Positions 57,602 to 64,000 of a stretch of 64,000 nucleotides of DNA are shown here, piece after piece. Under the pieces are notes generated by a model. That model did not search any database. It had not been told where the DNA came from and saw only the letters and a program-made list of their open reading frames with translations. Numbering within the stretch: the stretch's first letter is position 1; each line of letters begins with the position of its first letter. Made by a program: the position numbers and the translations under genes. The stretch spans positions 1 to 64,000 of the forward strand of contig JBHGBC010000010.1 in NCBI GenBank assembly GCA_041946805.1, read 5' to 3'. This DNA comes from a bacterium. GTDB taxonomy: Bacteria; Hinthialibacterota; Hinthialibacteria; Hinthialibacterales; Hinthialibacteraceae.

Positions 57602-59100
57602 GGTTTTTTCAAATCGCGGTAAGTTTCACCGAAAACCTGCGCGGTGAAGGTCTGAAACGCGCAGCCGGATTTCCAATCATCCACATCGAGCCCGGCTTTC
57701 AGGCACAAATGGCTGAGCGTTTCCTCGATGGTCCACCCCTGTTCCAGCGCTACCTGGGGCAGGAACAGGGCTTGCCGGTTCCCTTTCGCCAGCACCATGC
57801 CATCCCGTCCCAGCATGATCTCTCTCCAGGAGGGGACGGATTTCAAGGGAGATAGAACGGAGATTTCAATTTCAATATCCTGCAATTCGTTCGGCTTTAC
57901 CGGTTCAAACCGCCGGTCGCGCAGGGCCGAGAGCAGCACGGTGCGCGCCGCCTCCTGGTAGAGTGGCTGTTCGCCTTCCATGTGACCGATGCACCCCCGC
58001 AGATCGCCCTTTTCCTTCAGCGTGACGAAGATGCCCTTTTTCGCCTTCATCCGCTCCGTGATCTGATCCTCGGGGGGTGTGAAAACCGCCGGTTTCTGGC
58101 CCTTCAGGGTGTTCTCCAGGGTCGTGCGGGCGATGGCCAGCAGCCGGCCGGCTTCCTCCTCGTTCAGATAATCCGGCTGTTCGCGGAAGAGCAGGGAACA
58201 ATAACTGACGGATTCGTCATAATCTCCGGTCTTGTCACCCGATGTGGCATACCGCAAGAATTCCACCTGGGTTTGCATCGGCAGGGCCATCAGCCCGATC
58301 AGGATCGGATTGCGCCCGCAGATGGTGGCCTGGGTTCTTTCCAGGAACCTCCACAGTCCCAGGACATCGAATTGCAGGATGTGATTGACCGCCGCGAAAT
58401 CCAGGCGCTGCACGTTTTCCTTCACCTTGTCCTTGAAGGGAATATAACCAAACCGCCGCCCCTGATGAGTGAAATCCGAACTCATCACCAGCAAGGTCCC
58501 GGAATCCAGCAACGGTTTGACCGCGTTGGCGATCGCCACGCAGTTTTCCGGAGAGATTTCACCGATCACGATGGGAACCAGGGAGAAATCCTGGAAAACC
58601 GATTGCAAAAAGGGCAACTGGATTTCGACGCTGTGCTCCTCTTCATGCGCCGCGGGAACGGTTTTCATCCCGGGGATTTCCAGCAACTGTTTGCAGGCCG
58701 CGGTGTCCAGTTTCACGATACCCAGCGGGGTCTCGTAGGCGTCGAAGTCGGGTATCGATCCCCCCTGGATCGCCACATGATGCGACGGTCCCATGACAAT
58801 CACCCGCTTGACCGGCTGTCCCCGCACGGCCTTGTAGGCGTAGGCGGCGGTATCGCCCGACCAGGTGTAACCGGCATGAGGCACGATGAGGGCCCGCGCC
58901 CGGTCGGGGTTGGGGGGAGTCTCGGGCGCTTTCTTGAAAAATCCCTCAATCTGCTTCGTCAGCGTTGACGCGTCGCCGTCGTACCACGTCCCGGCCAGGG
59001 TGGATTTGTGGATTCGACTTTCGGCGGCCGCGTCCCCCGGTGCCGCGGCGATTTGCAGAAACCACGCCAAACCAAGGAGGGAAAGGGTGATCCGCTTCAT
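57598..59100 (-). CDS. amrB: Memo-AMMECR1 fusion (AmmeMemoRadiSam proteins B and A) with Sec signal
   Basis: Signal peptide; AGTWY, PHAGY, GPSHH, EHSVEIQLPFLQ, SSDFTH, TICG (Memo); LRGCIG, DRRF, FLPQVA (AMMECR1). Confidence 0.92.
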   Translation of the reverse strand: MKRITLSLLGLAWFLQIAAAPGDAAAESRIHKSTLAGTWYDGDASTLTKQIEGFFKKAPETPPNPDRARALIVPHAGYTWSGDTAAYAYKAVRGQPVKRVIVMGPSHHVAIQGGSIPDFDAYETPLGIVKLDTAACKQLLEIPGMKTVPAAHEEEHSVEIQLPFLQSVFQDFSLVPIVIGEISPENCVAIANAVKPLLDSGTLLVMSSDFTHQGRRFGYIPFKDKVKENVQRLDFAAVNHILQFDVLGLWRFLERTQATICGRNPILIGLMALPMQTQVEFLRYATSGDKTGDYDESVSYCSLLFREQPDYLNEEEAGRLLAIARTTLENTLKGQKPAVFTPPEDQITERMKAKKGIFVTLKEKGDLRGCIGHMEGEQPLYQEAARTVLLSALRDRRFEPVKPNELQDIEIEISVLSPLKSVPSWREIMLGRDGMVLAKGNRQALFLPQVALEQGWTIEETLSHLCLKAGLDVDDWKSGCAFQTFTAQVFGETYRDLKKP

Positions 59101-59352
59101 GATGCGCACCTCATGATGAAATGGAGTTTCTCTATTGTAGAGCTAACAGCCCGTAACGGTAATAGGGTTCATTGTCTGATAGGATCCAACGTGGAGGCCG
59201 GGATGCCATTTCAAGTGAAAGGGACAACCGGCGAATGGTGATACAGACATCTTGCCGGCTTGCGATGCATTTTCCACGCGTATCTAAACGAAACCGCCGG
59301 AGAAGCATCCCCGGCGGCCGTTTCCGTATGGTGACGAATTCAAATGGACTTA

Positions 59353-60396
59353 TCAGACTTTCTTGTAGCGGGCGGCCATATCCACCATGGTCACCATCTT
59401 GATTTTATCGGCGTGGCCGGCCTGCCCGAAGGCGATCATGCGGTCCTTGCACACCAGCCGCATCGCTTCCCGGGCCGGTCCCAGGTAGCCGCGGGGATCG
59501 AATTCCGCCGGATTTTCCGCGAAGATCTTGCGGATCGCGCCGGTCATGGCCAGGCGGTTGTCGGTGTCCACGTTGATTTTGCGCACGCCGTGCTTGATCC
59601 CGCGCTGGATCTCTTCCACCGGCACGCCATAGGCTTTCTTGATCCCGCCGCCGTACTGGTTGATCAGGTCCACCAATTCGCCGGGGACGGAGGACGACCC
59701 ATGCATCACCAGGTGGGTGTTGGGCAGTTTGCGGTGAATGGCCTCGATGCGGTCCATGGCCAGCACGTCGCCGGTGGGCTTTTTGGTGAATTTGTACGCG
59801 CCGTGGCTGGTCCCGATGGCTACCGCCAGCGCGTCCACACCCGTCTGGGCCACGAAATTCACCGCCTGATCCGGGTCGGTCAGCAATTTTTCCCGGTCCA
59901 GGGCGCCTTCAAATCCATGTCCGTCTTCCTTGTCGCCCTTGCCGGTCTCCAAACTGCCCAGGCATCCCAGTTCGCCTTCGACGCTCACGCCCCGGGCGTG
60001 GGCGTATTCCACGACCTGGCGGGTGACTTTTACATTATAATCGTAAGAGGCCGGTGTTTTCCCATCTTCCATCAGGGAGCCATCCATCATCACGCTGGTG
60101 AAATTTTGATCGATGGCGGACATGCACGTGGCGGGGCTGTTGCCATGGTCCTGGTGCATGGCGATCGGAATGTTGGGGTGCAATTCCGCCGCGGCCAGCA
60201 TCAGGTGGCGGAGATAATTGTCGTTGGAATATTTGCGCGCGCCCCGGCTGGCCTGGATGATCACGGGGGAATTGGTCTCCACCGCCGCGGCCATGATCGC
60301 CTGGATTTGTTCCATGTTGTTCACATTGAAGGCCGCGATGCCATAATCATGCTCGGCGGCGTGATCGAGAAGTGCTCTCATGGGTACGAGTGGCAT
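59353..60396 (-). CDS. fba: Class II fructose-bisphosphate aldolase
   Basis: [43 protein letters not shown]. Confidence 0.96.
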   Translation of the reverse strand: MPLVPMRALLDHAAEHDYGIAAFNVNNMEQIQAIMAAAVETNSPVIIQASRGARKYSNDNYLRHLMLAAAELHPNIPIAMHQDHGNSPATCMSAIDQNFTSVMMDGSLMEDGKTPASYDYNVKVTRQVVEYAHARGVSVEGELGCLGSLETGKGDKEDGHGFEGALDREKLLTDPDQAVNFVAQTGVDALAVAIGTSHGAYKFTKKPTGDVLAMDRIEAIHRKLPNTHLVMHGSSSVPGELVDLINQYGGGIKKAYGVPVEEIQRGIKHGVRKINVDTDNRLAMTGAIRKIFAENPAEFDPRGYLGPAREAMRLVCKDRMIAFGQAGHADKIKMVTMVDMAARYKKV

Positions 60397-60609
60397 GATA
60401 TCGGTTCTCCTTTTCAGTCTGGATACCATCAAGTGTAATGGCTATTGCGCAAACGGGAAGATTGACGCAACAAGGGATATTCGATTTTGACGCTTGCGAT
60501 GGCCATCCCCCGCCGAAATCCCCGGGGCCCGGTTTGACCATCTTGCTTGCGGCCCGGGAATCCTGTATAACAAATTGTTTCAACTCATATACCCTTATCT
60601 GTCGATTCC

Positions 60610-61866
60610 ATGGACCAAAACGTTTGCGCTGACATCGTATCCAAGCATGGGAAGGAATGCTATTCCTTTTTCAATGAGCCGGTTTGCGTGAGCGAGGAAG
60701 GCTACAAGCACCTCATGGCGGACATGACCCGCGAGGCGCAGCGCCTGGCCGGCCTGCATTCCGTCTATATGGATGAAATCCTCTTCGGGCATTCCATCTC
60801 CCAAATCAAACTGATCGTGGTCTACGACGCCGAGACCTGCGATGAATACAACCTCAAATTCGACCAAGTCTTGCGCACCATCGGGACCCGGAACATCGTC
60901 GACGAGGACCTGCTCTCCATCGACCAAAAACTGCTGGAGAATTTCCCCAAGTTTGATTGCCTCCTGCAGCCCCAATGGGTGATGGGGAAAAAACTGAACA
61001 TCCAGTATCCCACCGCCGGCGAAGTGCGTTTCTTCAACATCTCCATGGTGTTGGACCTGCTCTGCGGCGGATTCCTGCGCGATTTTTTCATTTGGGAAGT
61101 CGACCGCCAGGTCAACACCCGCGAGGCCCTGTGGAAATTGAAACGGCTGCGCCGCCTGGTCGATCTCGTCAAAATGATCCTGCGCAAGGAAGCCACGCCC
61201 CGCTGGGACCAGTACATGGATACCGTGTACACCATGTGCGACCACTGGTTCGACATGGGCATCGAGCGCTACCGCATGCTCATGTGGACCGTCCGCGAGG
61301 GGCTGTGCATCCTGTTCGACCTGATCCAGGAACTGAAACTCTATTTCGACCGGTTTCGGGTCGTAAACTTGAAACTCGACCCCCATGTCAGCAATCCCTA
61401 TGCCCTGCTGGTCAGCGACAAGATCGTGACCTATTTCATCGACAATTGGGAGCCCAGCGCGGCGCTCGAAAAAATGATCTGGTGCCGGGAAAAACTCGGC
61501 CAGTTCATCACCGTCCTGCCGGCTTCGTTCTCCATGCAACTCTACGAATACACCAAGGGCCATAACGCCCTGAGCCGGTATATCAAATCCTGTTTCACCG
61601 TGGACGGCATCAGCGGCAACATGGAACGCTCCTACATCTCTCTGGAACGCTGCAAAATCCTCAATCACTACCTGAGCTTCAAGATCAATCTTGGTTTATC
61701 CCTCGAAGACGATACAATTTTTCACTGCAATCTGCGGGACGGTTCCACCCTCGCCAAGGCCACGAACATGATGAATGTCCAGAAAAATAAGGTTCGGCTG
61801 AAACGGGTCCAACGGATCCTCCGGGGCGAAGAGGAACCGGCCGGTGAAATGATCGAGGAAGGTTAA
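60610..61866 (+). CDS. Hypothetical protein (possible degenerate nucleotidyltransferase fold)
   Basis: 418-aa ORF with coding-like codon bias, 5 bp upstream of lysA. Confidence 0.8.
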   Translation: MDQNVCADIVSKHGKECYSFFNEPVCVSEEGYKHLMADMTREAQRLAGLHSVYMDEILFGHSISQIKLIVVYDAETCDEYNLKFDQVLRTIGTRNIVDEDLLSIDQKLLENFPKFDCLLQPQWVMGKKLNIQYPTAGEVRFFNISMVLDLLCGGFLRDFFIWEVDRQVNTREALWKLKRLRRLVDLVKMILRKEATPRWDQYMDTVYTMCDHWFDMGIERYRMLMWTVREGLCILFDLIQELKLYFDRFRVVNLKLDPHVSNPYALLVSDKIVTYFIDNWEPSAALEKMIWCREKLGQFITVLPASFSMQLYEYTKGHNALSRYIKSCFTVDGISGNMERSYISLERCKILNHYLSFKINLGLSLEDDTIFHCNLRDGSTLAKATNMMNVQKNKVRLKRVQRILRGEEEPAGEMIEEG

Positions 61867-61871
61867 CATCC

Positions 61872-63140
61872 ATGTCTCAGGCTTTTGACACCCGCTCCCG
61901 GTTTTTTGCTTACCGGGACGGGCGGCTGTTTGCGGAAAATACCAGTCTAGACGAAATCGCGGCGGCATGGGGCACTCCCACCTACGTTTATTCGCTGCAG
62001 GCGATCCTCACGGCCTTGCAAGACTACCAACGCGGCCTGAAGGGCCTGCCCCATCTCGTCGCCTTCGCGGTCAAGGCCAACGGCAACGTGGCGATTTTAC
62101 GTCACCTGGGCGCCGCGGGAGCAGGCGCGGATTTGACCTCCGCGGGCGAACTCCATGCCGCCCTGAAAGCAGGAATACCCGCAGACCGTATGATCTTCTC
62201 CGGAGTGGGGAAGACCGATGACGAAATCGTCATGGCGTTGCGCGTCGGCATTTTGATGCTGAACATCGAATCCGAGCCGGAATTGGAGACGATCGCCCGC
62301 CTGGCCGCTGGACGGGGCCTGCGCGCCCCCATCGCCATCCGTGTCAATCCCAACGTCGATCCGAAAACCCACCCCAAGATCAGCACCGGCCTCAAACAGC
62401 ACAAGTTCGGGGTACCCTGGGAACAAGCCCGGAAATTATACGAAAAGGCGGCAGGCATCTCCTCGCTGGAAATCCAGGGAATCGCCGCGCACATCGGTTC
62501 TTCCCTGATGGACACCGCACCGTTGCTGCAAGCGCTGGATCTGTTGCTGGAGTTTCGACAATACCTTCAAAACAAAGGAATTGCGATTCCATACCTTGAC
62601 TTGGGAGGAGGCTTGGGGATCCAGTACGAGAACCTTGTCCCTGAAACCCCCTCCGAATATTCCCAGAAGTTAAAGCAACGCATCAAGGATTCCGGTGTCA
62701 CCCTCATCCTGGAACCAGGCCGTTCAATCGTCGGAAACGGCGGAATTCTTTTGACTAAAGTCGCATACGTTAAGAAGAGTGATGATAACATCTTTGTCGT
62801 GGTGGACGCCGGGATGAATTCACTGGCCCGCCCGGCAATCTATGGGGCGTATCATCACATCGTGCCGGTGGTGATGCGGGATGGAGCGGCGCAAACCGTG
62901 GACGTCGTGGGGCCGATCTGTGAAAGCAGTGATGTCTTTGGCAAGAACCGCCATCTGCCGCCTTGCCAGGCCGGCGACCTGCTGGCGATTTGCTCGGCCG
63001 GGGCTTACGGGTATTCCATGGCCTCGAACTACAACGGTCAGCCGCGGCCGGCCGAAGTTCTAGTGGATGGCGGCCATGGCCGTCTGATCCGCCGCCGCGA
63101 AACGCTTGACGACATGCTGCGTAATCAAGTACTGGAATGA
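61872..63140 (+). CDS. lysA: Diaminopimelate decarboxylase
   Basis: AVKAN, HIGS, DLGGG, EPGR, GPICESSD, GAYG, SNYN. Confidence 0.96.
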   Translation: MSQAFDTRSRFFAYRDGRLFAENTSLDEIAAAWGTPTYVYSLQAILTALQDYQRGLKGLPHLVAFAVKANGNVAILRHLGAAGAGADLTSAGELHAALKAGIPADRMIFSGVGKTDDEIVMALRVGILMLNIESEPELETIARLAAGRGLRAPIAIRVNPNVDPKTHPKISTGLKQHKFGVPWEQARKLYEKAAGISSLEIQGIAAHIGSSLMDTAPLLQALDLLLEFRQYLQNKGIAIPYLDLGGGLGIQYENLVPETPSEYSQKLKQRIKDSGVTLILEPGRSIVGNGGILLTKVAYVKKSDDNIFVVVDAGMNSLARPAIYGAYHHIVPVVMRDGAAQTVDVVGPICESSDVFGKNRHLPPCQAGDLLAICSAGAYGYSMASNYNGQPRPAEVLVDGGHGRLIRRRETLDDMLRNQVLE

Positions 63141-63356
63141 ATATCGGGGGGAAAAGAAGTGTAGGCTATCAACTGGGTAAGTATAACATGTCATCGAATC
63201 AAGGTTTATAAGAGAGTCTGGCATGGTGCCCGGCAAGACGGGATTTCAGGAAGGGGATGCTGTAATGAAGGAAGGATATCCATACTAGCGGGAGATCCAG
63301 TTGAGTAGCCATTAATTTTAACCTGCCGTGATAAAAATTCCGTGAATTTCCTGATT

Positions 63357-63452
63357 CCCTCTCCCTCTGGGAGAGGGCTAGGGTGAGGGAGGCCCTTCCA
63401 GAGGGCTAATTCCTCCCTGGTTGCGCAGAAACGCCGCAGGACGGATTAATCC
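63357..63452 (-). repeat. CCCTCTCCC-family palindrome with element-like arm
   Basis: CCCTCTCCCTCTGGGAGAGGGCTAGGGTGAGGG...CGGATTAATCC; the terminus matches that at 26752. Confidence 0.7.
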
Positions 63453-63489
63453 GCAGTGTGGAATTCATCAAAAAAAGAGAGACCGAGAT

Positions 63490-63834
63490 ATGCAAAAAGT
63501 GAACGCGAACGAGATTCCCTGGTCCTGGGGTGACGCGGGTGTCCGCTATGTGATGCAAGGCCCCCATGTCGAATGGGGCATCCTGAAGATGAAATCCGGG
63601 CAATCTTCCATGGATTACGGCCGTCATGTTCATCATGAGGTGGAAGAGACGTTCTATTTTCTATCCGGAACCCCGAAATTTGTCATCGATGGGGTGGAGC
63701 ACCGCGTCAAACCGGGAGACGCCTACCGCATCGAAGCGCACGAATCCCATGATTTGATTAATGATACGGACGAAGACCTCGTGGCCATTTTCATTAAATA
63801 TCCCTACAATCCCAAAGACCGCCACGCAGAGTGA
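63490..63834 (+). CDS. Cupin-domain protein
   Basis: HVHHEVEETFYFLSG...ESH. Confidence 0.88.
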   Translation: MQKVNANEIPWSWGDAGVRYVMQGPHVEWGILKMKSGQSSMDYGRHVHHEVEETFYFLSGTPKFVIDGVEHRVKPGDAYRIEAHESHDLINDTDEDLVAIFIKYPYNPKDRHAE

Positions 63835-63926
63835 TTGGTCATGTCGAAAGTCGCGGCATGAGCAGAACAATGATTCTTGAGCAGAGCACCGATTGTAGTC
63901 CCTTCATGGGCTGCGAATTAGAAAGT

Positions 63927-64000
63927 CCCCTCTCCCTCTGGAAGAGGGTCTAGGGGTATGCGGCTGCTGGAGCGGGGGTTGACGCACCCCTCTCCCTCTG
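63927..64000 (-). repeat. Two CCCTCTCCC-family copies (second cut by window edge)
   Basis: CCCCTCTCCCTCTGGAAGAGGG and CCCCTCTCCCTCTG. Confidence 0.65.

Overview
A GC-rich bacterial chromosomal window with about 52 genes. It mixes housekeeping genes (thiG, thiE, glnE, xylA, pcrA/uvrD, queF, engB, murB, adk, class II fba, lysA) with signalling genes, Tat/Sec-exported sugar-oxidation proteins (two Gfo/Idh/MocA, tandem DUF1080, DUF362, HEAT) and corrinoid methyltransferase genes. I saw no rRNA, tRNA, CRISPR array, prophage or transposase. Taxonomy cannot be fixed from sequence alone; the gene content suggests a diderm, sugar-degrading, probably anaerobic lineage. Highlights: (1) an AmmeMemoRadiSam operon in which all three products carry export signals, including a Tat-signalled radical SAM enzyme; (2) a family of non-autonomous TIR-bounded elements of about 160-260 bp carrying interchangeable REP-type hairpins, among at least four palindromic repeat families with no cognate mobilising gene in the window; (3) a multi-pass membrane CHAT (caspase-like) protease with an intact His/Cys dyad; (4) an uncalled 56-aa ORF inside a methyltransferase-corrinoid operon; (5) a candidate 160-nt structured RNA behind a TATAAT box; (6) three antitoxins without toxins. 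Family assignments come from motif recognition by eye, not database searches.
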